A DNA stretch of 63,792 bases, the filler included, from Reticulomyxa filosa (lineage: Eukaryota; Protista; Foraminifera): the NCBI GenBank assembly GCA_000512085.1. It is 23 parts of 23 records of this genome, joined end to end, with 100 filler letters (N's around TTAATTAATTAA, not from the genome) between each part and the next. Parts side by side here need not be neighbours in the genome. Positions count along the whole stretch, not along the records: positions 49,056 to 50,403 come from ASPP01019803.1; positions 50,504 to 55,901 come from ASPP01029318.1; positions 56,002 to 58,424 come from ASPP01023524.1; positions 58,525 to 59,927 come from ASPP01027221.1; positions 60,028 to 62,029 come from ASPP01010067.1; 18 more parts are not named here. One strand, given 5' to 3'. The position numbers and the translations under genes are program-made. The notes under the pieces are model-generated. The model searched no databases and was not told where the DNA came from. It saw only the letters and a program-made list of their open reading frames with translations. Below are positions 48,956 to 61,990 of this stretch, piece by piece; the first letter of the stretch is position 1; every line of letters begins with the position of its first letter.

Positions 48956-50505
48956 NNNNNNNNNNNNNNNNNNNNNNNNNNNNNNNNNNNNNNNNNNNNT
49001 TAATTAATTAANNNNNNNNNNNNNNNNNNNNNNNNNNNNNNNNNNNNNNNNNNNNCTTGAAGATATTTTCATGATCAGAAATTTTATGAACTAAAGTTGG
49101 TAGTTTTCAAAGCGACGACAATAACTATTCTCTCACTGAAAATAGTTTTTTCAGATTGTTTGTCTGAGTATTTGCTTGAACATCACTTTTATAATTTTAA
49201 GCTTAAAGCAACGTATAATCAAACAATTTTTTTTTTGCTTTCTTCTATTCTTTTTCGTTACTTGGTTTGAATAGAAGAACAAAAAAAAAGAAAGAAGTAA
49301 AACAAAAGCACAGTTTCGCGGATGAACAAAAATTACAAAACATAAATACAATCTTCCGGCGATTGTTTTGTCCTTTTTTTTCATTACTTCAGTTCTTTGT
49401 TAATGTGCTATAGTTTACCAAAAAATTAATGCAATAATTTTAATCACTGTCAGCAATAGCAGAAAAAAAAGAGTAAATTGAAGCAGATTGGAATTGAGTA
49501 AAGAGTCCAATTTCAAAGATTTAAAAGACATAAAAACGGAGTCTTTGTTTTGGGTGTCTGCAGTGGCAATTTACTCGAGCACATGTCGAAGAACGGCCAT
49601 CCAATTTTTGGGTTTGTCGTGGTCAGTATCATCATGATGTTCTCAATGGCATTACCAGTCAGTATATTCGATGCGGGCTGTCCATTTGGCAGGTTTGTCG
49701 CTTCATGAAATTGAGCTGTTCTCCAGATTTATACGCGGCTGAATCTGAAAGATTGTCTCCATTGTCATCAACTGCCATTTGTGATGATATGCTTCTGATT
49801 TTGTTTTCATCCTCACATGCAACTGAAACTCGGGATGTTGGAGTTGCGTCTGCATTCCATTTGCTGCAGCTCACCTTCCACTCTAGTTTCTCCATTATAC
49901 ATATATTTTGAACTGTTTCATACCTTTTTTTATTTGTAAGTTATTCAATTTATAGTACTTTTTGTGTTCAAGCATAAATAAATAAGTTTATGATAACTTG
50001 ATTGCCTTGAGTCAAGGCGGCAGATAGTGAATGACAAATGTTGGATGCACCCCTTGTTGATGGGTGATCCTATTTTGTGCTTGCTGTTGTTGGAGCAACA
50101 ATATCTGCTCTACTGTGAACTTCCGTAGGTGTGTCAATATTATCCCACCAGAAATATTCATTTGCACATTATCTATTTCATTTATCAGTGTCGTTTTTCT
50201 CATTTGCGAAACAACCAAACAAACAAAAAAAGGGTTGTCGTAACTGATAAGTTGGTACATTGTCTTTGACTCTTTTGTCGTTGAAGATACTTTCATAATG
50301 TCTTCATTCTCTTCTTTACTTACATGGTTTGATTTCTACACGTTTCCTCTTTCCTTTTATGAGAGCAAACGCCACTGAAACTCATTCTTTGTTGGTTAAA
50401 CTTNNNNNNNNNNNNNNNNNNNNNNNNNNNNNNNNNNNNNNNNNNNNTTAATTAATTAANNNNNNNNNNNNNNNNNNNNNNNNNNNNNNNNNNNNNNNNN
50501 NNNTC

Positions 50506-53500
50506 AAACAAGATTCTTCATTTGATTACAATCGACTTTTTGATTGTATTGTTTGTGTTGATCAATCAAAATGGATTGATGAAAGACAAGGAGGACGAAG
50601 TAATAAATTGATGGACGATCTTAAAAATAAAATAATATTTTATTTACACGAATTACAACAATCTTGTCAACATTTAGAATTCGATATCGATCATCCAGAT
50701 CATTTGGAACAAGGTCGCAAAATTATCACTTATTTTGAAAAATTACGTAATTTGGAGTCAATCATTCCAGAAATTTCCAATTATCGTAAAGAAGTTGCTA
50801 TTCAAATTGAGCATGCCATCAGAGCAACATTGTCAAAAATCGAAAATGACTATTCATTACAAAAAAAAAATGAGAGTTATCAAAGAGAAATCAAGGAACA
50901 ATTGGTGAAATTGAAGGTATATGCAGAAAGTCTTAAGCATGCCAATGCTTATTTGGAACAAAAGGGATTAAAGAGTGCACAAGATCTAGAGTTGCAAATT
51001 AGTACGATTCGTAACAAGTTGACAAACGATGAAAAAAATGAAAAGCTCAAAAAAAAGCAGAACAAGGGGATAAAAGGAAATTGGAACAATATCAGAAAAT
51101 TCAAGGCGAGTATCAACAGTTGCAACAAAGCGAAAAGCTGTCATTTGAAACAGCGTCGAAAGTGTTGAAGAGCCAAGGATTTACTGAGAACGAAATCTTG
51201 CGGCTAATCAGTAATGAAAGCGAACTGATTAAAAAGATCGAACAATGTGAGCAAGAGATTAACAGATGCAAAAATAACGTTGTGGATAGTAATGTCTTGA
51301 ATGTGTCAAGAGTTGAGAAAGTATTAGCTTATTTGAAGGAATGTAAATCCGCAGTGTCCTTTTCTGTGGGCACAGTGATGACTAGTCCTCGATCAGAGGA
51401 CGGACAGAACGAAGAAAAAAAGCAAGACAAAAATGTGAATAATACATTGAAACAAGAAATTGTAGCGATATATTATTTGATGGAGGATTATTTGCGACAT
51501 TATGCTGAATTTGTTCAAAGTCAACTTCGATCCTTGACATTTACAGAGACTGCATCTTCAGAATTTGAAAAAATGCAACTCATGGGAAAAGTGGAAACAA
51601 TTAGTAATCGAGTGAACGAAATGATGAAATTGGAAAAGCAACACCCAATAATATTTTCATATTTTCAACAGGACATCATGAGACAGTTTACCACCAAAAT
51701 GGAACAAATTTGGTTTAATCTATCCGATGAAATGTTGAAATTATCCAAACATGGCAATTTGGCGGCATTGAAGATTAAGTTGTTTGTAGCAAATACATTG
51801 AGTCCGTTGGACGATTACACCAAACCCAATTGCAAATTCCGTAGTTTGTGTACGAGTTATCAAGAGATTTTGTTAAACAATGTCATTGACACCACCAAAG
51901 TACGGAAAGCTATTGAAGATCATCACTACACCAAAGTCGCTGCGGAAATGTCCAAACTCGATCAACGTAGAAATGATGATATTCAAGTAGAAAAGGTCTT
52001 TGAAGAAGTTCAAGGCGATTTATCCTGTTCTTTGAAATTTCTAAGCAAAAGCACAATGAATGAGGTAACGATTCTTGGAGAAAATGATGTAAATTATGTG
52101 AATATAGTACAATTGGGAGAAAAATTGCAATGGATTGACGATGCAAAATGTTATGTGGCAAAATATGTGAATGAGCAAACCGGACAAGATATTAAAAAGA
52201 ATGAAAATGAAATAAAATCATCTCTCGAAGAGTGGATATCAAAGATTGTGGGGACAACCAAAGCAGCAATCAACTCTTACAACTTTTTGGAAGCAGAAGA
52301 GAAGATTGAACATGTCCGAAGAATTACTCGTTTGCTAGGGAGTCATTTCAAACAAAATCATTGTAATGACAACAAGGAAGAAATAACCAACCGTGTCAAT
52401 GAACTTGAAACCGCTTTAAAAAATGAATTGAAAAGTGTTGTAAGCAAATACAAAGAAATTCAATTGAGTGGTGCTCAATCCAATCCCTATGCTTTAAACC
52501 CGCCAAAAGACCTCTATGCCAAATTAAACAAAGTAATGCAAACCGCTACAACATACAGTTACAAAAGCACATGGAAAGAAATCGAAGAAGATATCATCCA
52601 AAAAATTCGGGAGGAATTGCTCGTGGCCCGTAAAAAACATAATTCAGATGAAAGTGATTCTTGCATTCGCATTTGTGAGTTGGTTGCGAATTCCCTACCG
52701 GAACACATGCAAGCAATACTGAATGAAGAAATCAAACGATGTCACGAAGCAATCAAGTCTGAGATAAGAGAGTCGATCAAAAAAGTTGATGCTGTACTGA
52801 GCAAAAAGAATGCTTGTGAGATTGTCAAGTTGCTCGACAGTTGCACGGGCAGACAAGAGGACCACATCAAAGCTTGGGTGAACAATGCTGCCGAAGAGAT
52901 GGTTGCACGCATAGAAAAGCAATGGGAAAATGGTGATACGCAGAAGGCAGTTACGGAAATTGGGAAACTCTTTCGTTTCAAAAAGATGTTTAAACACAAA
53001 GTCCCTGGCCTTGAAAAATTATTCGAAGTTCAACACGATGCTTTGACGAATATTTTTGAAAAACATCACAAGCATATTCTCGACAAACTGGATTTTCTTA
53101 ATTCTGGCATAAGTGCTTTGGAGCTGATCGAACAATCTCTTAGTTTTGCAATCGACTGTATGGATGTAAAGACACGGACGAACAGTGACATTGACGTGAA
53201 ACAATTGTTGCCGTCAAAATTTGCCGAAAGGATGAAAGAGTGGAATATTGAAATCTCAAAGTGTTTTGCCTCGCTTCAACAAAAATATGAACACTATGTA
53301 GAAACTATGAATGCTATGAAATTGTACACTTTATTCGAGATCATAAAGACAGTTGGAAATGAAGAAGGTACATTTTTACAAAAAGTAAAGATATTTTTTT
53401 CAAAAAGTATCATGCATGGCTTCTTCGATTTCACAAACACACTGTTCACATATTCTGGAATGGTACATGATCTTAATCTTTATTTGGACAAGATGGTTGA

Positions 53501-55901
53501 GGACATCACCAGAGAGGGAATACTCAATGACAAAACCAAAACTAACGATGCCGAACGAGATCGGTTTTTTCAACAACTCAAAGAAAAACTTGATTTTCTG
53601 AAACGATTGTCAGAATGGAAAGGTTATTCTGATAATAAACGCAAACTCGATACCTGTTTGGAAAGTTTAGAAAAAGAAGTGAAAGACACGGAAAAAACCA
53701 AGGAACTCGTGAATTGGACCCCTAGTTATTATGATGCTATCAATTTGCGCTACAATTGCCTCGTATTCATGTCCAAACATGGAATTATTCCTGACAGGAC
53801 CAAAGTTCAAGTGCAAAAGATTGAAAATGATATCAATTGTAGAAAGGATCTACTGAAAAAAGCGGCGTTGAACGCAGAGAATATGAAACCGCAATTGTTG
53901 GCAATGAAGGAAATGTCTATTCGTGTGCTACGCTTCAAAGATTCGCTGAATAAAGATATTGACGAGGTTCTACTTGCCTATAAAAAAAAGCACAAGGATG
54001 GTATTGGTATTGCCGCGTTGGCCGTGGAATTAGAAAAGGATCCAAGTGGAATTGGCAAAACGCTTGTTGCTGAACACAGCGCGTTCAAAGGGTATTTAGT
54101 GTCTTTATTCAATGTAAAGACTCAAGGGCATCAAATTGAATACACTTTGAAGAAAATTGGGACAAAAGGAGGAGAAGTCAATTTAGAACTATTGCGAAAA
54201 ATACGTGACGACTTTGATAAAACATATCGCAGATTGGTGGAAGACATTATGTGTCAAAAGTCCAATACCGCCGTGTTAATCAGCAATACAAAATTGATTA
54301 TTCCAGATATCGAACAAAATTCTGATCAGATCACCTGGAATGCACGAGTTCGAAACGCTGTGCCTGATCTAATAGCACATATTTTTGCACTATGGACACT
54401 CCAAAATGCACAACTTTATTTTGATGCAAAAGGCGTTGAAAATCGAAATGCTTATTTATTACAACCACATGCGGCTCAGGTTATTTCCATATTTCGAATG
54501 CTGAGAGTTGATGAAAATAAACCAGGGTTAATCAATAATTTGGTGCAGATTGGGACTGGACAAGGCAAATCTATAACATTGGCCGTTACTGCTTGTGTAT
54601 TGGCATTGTTAGGTTTTGATGTGAGCTGTGCATCACATAGTGAATATTTAAGTTGCAGAGACTTTAAAAGTTTTGAATCATTATTTAGTGATTTGGGTGT
54701 CATTGATCATATTCATTACAGTACTTTCAATAAACTTTGTGAAAGAATCATTAATGATGGAGGTGATGTTCGTAAATTGGTGGAAAATATGATCATACCT
54801 GATGACGAAAAAAATGCGCTAAAACTTCACGAGTGACTCGTGCTAAAATATTATTGATCGATGAGGTGGACATATTTTTCAATAAAGAATTTTATGGAAG
54901 TTGCTATTCACCTGCTGTTACATTACGACATGACACAATCACCAAACTCATTGATTACATTTGGGACAATAGACAATTATCATTGAAATTAAATTATGTG
55001 AAGAAATCCAATGAATACAAAGAGTGTTGCGAAGTGTTAAAAGGATGGAACGCATTACTGGATGAGGCAATCAAAGATATGTTGAATGATATTCAAAAAT
55101 TCGAATCTCATGGATATCAAGTGAGTAATGACAAAATTGGATACAAAGAACAAGATAGTATTTGTTATAATGTTCGTTATGGCTATAAGACATTGTTTGC
55201 ATATTACTATGAGCATGAACGAAATAAAATCAGTGGTGAGAGTTTCAGAAATAATATATTCATTTCATTTAAAATTGGCAATTTTTCTTATGCAGAAGTT
55301 TCTAAAGATTTCTGTTGTATTATGGGTGTGAGTGGTACATTGAAGACATTAAGTGAACCAGAACAAGAAGTTGTGGAAAAGGATTTCCATATATCAAAGT
55401 ACACTTATATGCCATCTTTATTTGGTAATAACTTTGTCTTTGCAGAAAAAAAAGACATCTTTATTGTGAAAGAAAGTAATTATTTTATTACTCTTAATGG
55501 AGAAATTAATAATCGACTGATCGGAACAAATCCTGCAACAAGAAGAGCAGTATTGGTATTTTTTGAATCCAAGAAACAACTGATGGAATTTTATGAATCC
55601 TCCAATTTCCTTGCAAGGAAAGAGAATGCAATTATAATGACTGAAGAAAACACTCATGAAGAAAAAGAATATTTGGTTAAACGTGCAACTGGTTCTGGAC
55701 AAGTGGGATTGTTTACTAGAGCGTTCGGAAGAGGAACAGATTTTGTATGTCTTGATCCGATTGTTGCTGCAAATGGTGGAGTTCATGTGATTCAAACATT
55801 CCTTTCTGAAGAATTATCTGAGGAAGTACAAATTAAAGGACGAACTGCAAGACAAAATAGCTCTGGTTCATATAGTTTGGTGTTATGTGAGAAATCACTT
55901 G
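50506..55901 (+). CDS. Giant protein (>1,700 aa, partial at both ends) with C-terminal SecA-like SF2 helicase/ATPase domain
   Basis: LQPHAAQ, VQIGTGQGKS (Walker A), YLSCRD, LLIDEVD, GVSGTL, AVLVFF, FGRGTDF, GGVHVI and QIKGRTARQ follow SecA motif order. The three ORFs join by restoring one A in runs at ~51049-51056 and ~54808-54814. Confidence 0.85.
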
Positions 55902-56029
55902 NNNNNNNNNNNNNNNNNNNNNNNNNNNNNNNNNNNNNNNNNNNNTTAATTAATTAANNNNNNNNNNNNNNNNNNNNNNNNNNNNNNNNNNNNNNNNNNN
56001 NGAAAAAAAAAAAAAAAAAAGCAAACTTA

Positions 56030-56795
56030 GATATTGCAATGAATAGCCATACTGTTGCTCGGAAACGCAACCATTTTGAATGAAAAGTCCATCAAGCCTG
56101 GAGAATTGATAATTCCTGACACAATTATTCATCATGATTGCAAAATGATGGAATGGCATAATGACTTTGACATATTGCTTCCGCCATCGTCCCCCCCTCT
56201 TCGAAACAATCGTGACTTGCCGTCTTGCCAATTGCCGACTCACGGCAAGTTTGTGAAATACTTGAAATGGCTCAGTGGACAACACAAAGAGCGGAGTCCA
56301 GAAATACACCATGGCGTTCTACTCAGCGGATCGGGCATTATCGGACAACTGTCTCAAGATTCAACTTTTGTTCACCGCTTGCTGTTTGTTCCAAACACCA
56401 GCGGTTACAACATCAACTTGACGAGCAGCGGCAACGATGACAAAATCTCCTCCACCACTAGTTCTTCTCGTCCGCATCACCACAACAATAACAGCAATAG
56501 CAACATCAATGTTGGACCCGGGGCTGCCGTGTCTGGTGAAGACATTGGACTCAGCAATAATCGCATTGACAAGCAATTCAACATTATTGCTTGTGATCGT
56601 GAAAGTGCTGCCGTTGCACAAATGGCCCATCGCTTACATATCCCCTTTTGTGTTTGCAAGGTTGCAATTCCTAAGAGATTGGAGCCTCCTATCATCGAAC
56701 AAGAGGCGAAACACAACATTGTCACACACGACTTGAGTGCGTCCATTCCTTTGCTGAGATGGTTGTTGAAAGAGTATGTCCCTCTTGGGGACTAA
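56030..56795 (+). CDS. Nucleoside phosphorylase/MTA-SAH nucleosidase family (PNP_UDP_1) protein, divergent, last exon
   Basis: LGNATIL...IKPGELIIPDTIIHHD, HHGVLLSGS and IIACDRESAAVAQMAHRLHIPFCVCKV. Confidence 0.7.
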
Positions 56796-57192
56796 AGTAA
56801 TTCATCCCTCGTCTCTTCTCTTTCTTTTTAATTGTTTCGTTGGGGGCGTTTCTTTTGCCTATTTTGTTTTTTGGAGGGACAATATCAGCTCTTAAACTTT
56901 GTCTGTTTCATTGGATACTGTCATTTTTCCAACAACGCTGACCACTCAAAACATTTTTTTTCAAGAGCCGAAGCAGACTGCAATTTCGTTTCTAATTGTT
57001 TTGTTGTTGTTGTTGTTGTTGTTTTTGAGATAATCTTAAAAATGCATTTTTCGTGGATTTATTCCATCGTTGAGAACGTATGACACTTACAGAACATGAC
57101 CCGCAGACTAAAAAAAAGTTCTCGGGGTCTTCCATATGAGTTCACACATTATTTATCCTCTCACTTTTCATCAGAATCACGCCATTTGAAAA

Positions 57193-57635
57193 ATGCATAG
57201 TTCACTTGCCCAAGATGCACTGTACTTGTACTATGCTGTAGTTGATCAAGTACTCGGCAATTTAAAAAAGGATTTGCTAAACACTGGCAAAACTCCCGAG
57301 CAAGCCACTGATATTGTGGAAAACCTTAAACAAGTAACATCTAACGCACATATACACGCACACAGAATTCCGTAAATGAGTTTTAAATCTTTTTTGAAGC
57401 ACACAACATAATAATAAAAATGGAAAGAAATGGCAGCAAAATATAGATAACGCGGAATGTATTGATCGCGTCAATTTTATGGGTGTAAACACAAAAATTG
57501 AAGAGAAGCAAAATCTTTGTCATGATGTTCATCTTCCCCCATCTCCCCCTCCTTCTTCGATGTCGCCTGAACAGTTTGCATTTCAGCAAGTAGGAGCATT
57601 GTATATGAATATATATATGTATATGTATATATATG

Positions 57636-57669
<34 letters not shown>

Positions 57670-58424
57670 ATAACGTGCAAAAAAAACTTGAGAAAATAGG
57701 ATCCTTATGGTCCATCATATAAGAAACGCCGAACGAATGAAAGCGAAGCATTTGATGTGAGTGGCAATTCGCACATCCAAGGAAGTTGAGTGCATGTTTG
57801 GAGCACGTGTGTATGTGTTTTGTTGCATCGGCGGCAATGCATGTGCATTGTATTTGTTTGTTTGTGGAGTGACACTCTTGAAGACAACAACAATGTGTGA
57901 CAATGAACAATGGATGACAAAGAAGGAACGCCTACACTTGAGAATCTTCACAACCCTTTTTTAAATCCAGTTGCTTTGCTATCAACCGAAATGTGTATTT
58001 GTCTTACTTTTACATTTTATTTTTATTTTTTTTTCTTTGAATGATATAATGTCGTGAGCGAGATATAATTCAACAAATGCATATCTTTGAAAGGAACAAT
58101 GTTGTGTGAGCTTTGGGAAAGGGGGTCCCCAACCATAAAAATAAACAAATTAAAAAAGGTATCAGTACCAACTGGTGAGCTATCCAATCGAATGAACGCC
58201 CCCGCGTATCTGTCGTCGTGCATTAACCTTGCCGACGACAATGATAACGAGGATGAGGATGGGGATGAGACGGCGACTGACAATGAGATTGGAATTCGAA
58301 GTGAGTGTGAGATGGATAATAAAGTTGATGAAATAGACAATAGGACAGATGAGGACAACAAACAACGAGAATATAATGATCCCAATGCGCAAACACAAAT
58401 GCAAACACAAACTCAAACTCAAAC
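57193..58424 (+). CDS. Probable TFIIA large subunit (alpha/beta) N-terminal part, spliced
   Basis: LYYAVVDQVLGNLKKDLL...IVENLKQ continues after an intron as KWQQNI, resembling TFIIA-alpha helices. Pro/Gln-rich and acidic linker segments follow. Confidence 0.5.
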
Positions 58425-58653
58425 NNNNNNNNNNNNNNNNNNNNNNNNNNNNNNNNNNNNNNNNNNNNTTAATTAATTAANNNNNNNNNNNNNNNNNNNN
58501 NNNNNNNNNNNNNNNNNNNNNNNNAAAGTGTATAATTTGACTATGAAAACAAAAATTATTGTTTTTTTAATAAATATTGATTTTATCACATAATTGTATG
58601 ATTATAGTCGGCAAGGCTATTTTGAATCATGAGCCTAAAAAAAAAATTATCAA

Positions 58654-59455
58654 ACGTTTTTGGAAGTATATAAAAAATTAGTTAAATGTTTTCTTTAATT
58701 AAAAAAATTACTTGACACAGGCTATAATCTCAAACACCATCTCCTAAATAATTGGTGGTCTCCTGGTTTTTTACTTTCGGAGTTTTACTCCGAGAATTTT
58801 TTGTTGTCAACCGCTCCATGGGTAAAATATAAACTCAATCAAAAAAGATTATTTGTATTTTTTTAAGGATATCAAAGCAATACTTCTTTGATATTTTCAA
58901 AAAAAATAAACGTTAAAACGGAAACAACTTATTCTATTGAACAGTTATTTGTTTGAATTTTAACAAAATTGGAATTATTTGGAAAAAAGGCAATTAGTAA
59001 TTTCAAAATTATTTATGGAAAAATGTAAATAAGACGTTTTTTTCAAAAAAACACTGTATGCTCATGTAATGGTTATGATTAAACTTATTTGAAAGATTGA
59101 ATAATTAACATTGAACGGTCAATTGTTGTTTGCATTATACAAAAAAAGGCAAAAAAATCAATGACGAATGAAGAAAAAGCAAAGAGTAGTCAAAAATTAT
59201 CATGCCTTCACAATGTAGAAACTTTGAAAATAATATTAAATTTGAAAAAAATATTTTTTGATACCAAGAAATTGAGTTTTCTCAAAAACTACGCAACGTA
59301 AAAAGCTAATTTTTTTTTAAATATCTACACACCGAGCACTTTCTGAAAATGCTTTAAAAAGAGTTGTCAAATTTCATGGTTACGATACATGCAAGTTGCC
59401 AACTTTTTCTCGAAAATTTTCAAAAATCAATAAAATATTCAATTTTTTAAACAAA
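58654..59455. repeat. Composite repeat region matching both 36015-36382 and 20565-20805
   Basis: Direct match at 58654-59045 and inverted match at 59223-59455. No ORF. Confidence 0.8.
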
Positions 59456-60027
59456 ACTCTATTTTGAAGTCCCTTCATTGAACTCGAAAAAAAAAAAATT
59501 TTCCATTTTACATCATTGGAGACCCATCCAACAAAAAAACAAAAGCAGTTGCAAAATGACAGCTTTTATCAATCATGAACAAACTTTACCTCAACCAGTA
59601 GTGGTAAGTTTTATTCAAAATTTCTAAAAAGTTAATCGTCTTCAAGTTTTTATTGTATTTATTTTGTGACTTGTGATGAATTAGTCAGAGAAAATCGAAA
59701 TCCAAATCATTGTCCAGAATTGGATTCGAATATTACACATTAAATTTGGATGGATACATAATTTCGATAAACTCGTTGTCAATTATGTTACTTTTTTTTA
59801 TTTTTATTTAAATAAAAATAAACAACTATATTTGTTATTTTTTATCATCGATGTTAACACAGGCAAATACATTCTTTATGTTTGACACATTTTGTTCATC
59901 ATCCAAATTAATCAATACATTCACTGGNNNNNNNNNNNNNNNNNNNNNNNNNNNNNNNNNNNNNNNNNNNNTTAATTAATTAANNNNNNNNNNNNNNNNN
60001 NNNNNNNNNNNNNNNNNNNNNNNNNNN

Positions 60028-60067
<40 letters not shown>

Positions 60068-61122
60068 GGCAGGATAACCGTCGGGATGAAAGTATGTACG
60101 GAAATTATGCTGATTGTACGCTTGCAAATTCCATGCCCAGAACGAATGCACTGACTCATCTTGATACACCAGTTCTGGATCCACCGATTTCACTATTTGC
60201 TTGGATGCATTAATCCACTCTTCAAACTTGTTTCCCCAGTCAATGCGCCGCGACTGATCGCGAAAGCCGTCGGTGAGTAGTGTGTTGGGATAGCTGTGAT
60301 AGAACATGCCTCGCACATGCAGAAAGTCCTGTCCATACGTCGACGTCGGCACGATCTGGTCCAGAGGCAGTCCCACGTGAATGTGTGATGCGCCATATAA
60401 CCCTGAGGCCAGGAACGCGGCACACACGACGAGCAGTAGCACACGCACGATATCTCTGGTCATAAAATCGAACAGCGGGTCGCACGTGCTCGCACGCACG
60501 GTGGCCGAGGCCTGCGACTCGATGGAGTCGCTTGGACAGCGCGTCCATGCACGCCAGCAGCACAAACATGCGCAGTCATTGTATCCTCCGCGCATGCGTC
60601 GAGCAGTCAATGCCAGCACTGAGCTGAAGCCCACCATCATCACTACGTAGTGCATCGCCACCATGATCATGCCAAACTGCGCAAAGCGCTGCACGTCCGG
60701 CAGAGGCATGAACGACGCGATTAAAAAAGCCAGGAAATTCGCTAATGATGTCAGCGTCACCGAAGAGCCCGACACGCGCAGCGACTCGGCCACCATTTCG
60801 TCGGCCTCCAATTCCTTATCAAAGTGGAATGCCCGCAGCATTACAAACATGTCGTCCACGCCGAGACCCATCGCCACAAATGGCAGCACCTGCACCACGT
60901 TGGGCGAAAACGTCCAAAGCAATGCCCCCAAACCCATCGTCCCAAGTATCGACAATACCACCAATGCGATCCCTCCAAAGCTCGCTTCGCCTCGCGAATA
61001 AAACTTGTCGTGAGGACGACACTCACTGCAGCCTGCAAATACGATCATTAGCACGTATGCAAGGCCAACTAAATATATGTTACTGTTGAATGCTTCCGTT
61101 AATAGATCGAGCTTGTTCTCTT

Positions 61123-61182
<60 letters not shown>

Positions 61183-61990
61183 GTATATACACACACATTT
61201 TGCAACAAAGAAGGGACAAGCAAAACAGAGGTGAAAAATAAAGGCTTGAGCAAATGCGTTTCATTGCGCTCGTACTCGTGGATATAATCCAACATGTAGT
61301 CGATAAAGTCGCCTAACCACTCGTTCATAAAATCAGACATGTCGTCCATTTCTTGCGTCGTCGGCTCTGGACATTGCACGCTATACGATACCGTATACGT
61401 GCAATTCCCCATTGCCATTTTTATCTTGCGCATTGCATTATAAGGGCTGTCAATCTGATTTTATCCCCCCCCATTTCCAACATTTCCACATAATACATAC
61501 ATGTATTATGTGAATGTGTTACATATATAAATAAGGGCCAAATTCACTAAACGTAAAAAAGGGTCTCAAACGAACGGACAGATAGCAATCGCGACGTAGG
61601 GTCGGAGTCATTTGCTCTCTCTTCGCCGCCATAGATAAAGTTGGAAGGAATCAGATTACCCGCCCACATGCGACACGATGGACCCAAGATTGACCCGAGC
61701 TCGACTTTAGACAAATCCTGAAAACTTGACTTATTCTATGTTTTTGTTCCACAATATGTGACATATATACATATACATATACGTATACATATACATTTAT
61801 ATATTTGCATACATACATACCACATAAGGATTTTTTGGAATCAAATTGGTGAAAAAACGTCTTGGCCAAGTAATTATCAAAAGGAAACAGATATCCCCCT
61901 TCGGCAAAGCAGTGGAATATATCCAACGTATAGCAAGATAGTTCAAATTGCGCTTCCAAAGGGGAGTGTGACCATGGGCTGCACACTATT
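60028..61990 (-). CDS. Patched-like sterol-sensing-domain (RND) membrane protein, internal multi-exon fragment
   Basis: QVLPFVAMGLGVDDMFVML (GxxxDD), SGSSVTLTSLANFLAFLIASFMPLPDVQRF, GLPLDQIVP and the luminal motif DIFHCFAEG. Confidence 0.85.

Noticed and set aside
49056-50403. Possible gene or element remnant
   Set aside because: Short protein-like pieces only; no motif I can support.
51040-54840. Programmed ribosomal frameshifting in the SecA-like gene
   Set aside because: The same type of one-base homopolymer indel occurs in unrelated genes, in both directions, including the bacterial contig. Sequencing error is simpler.
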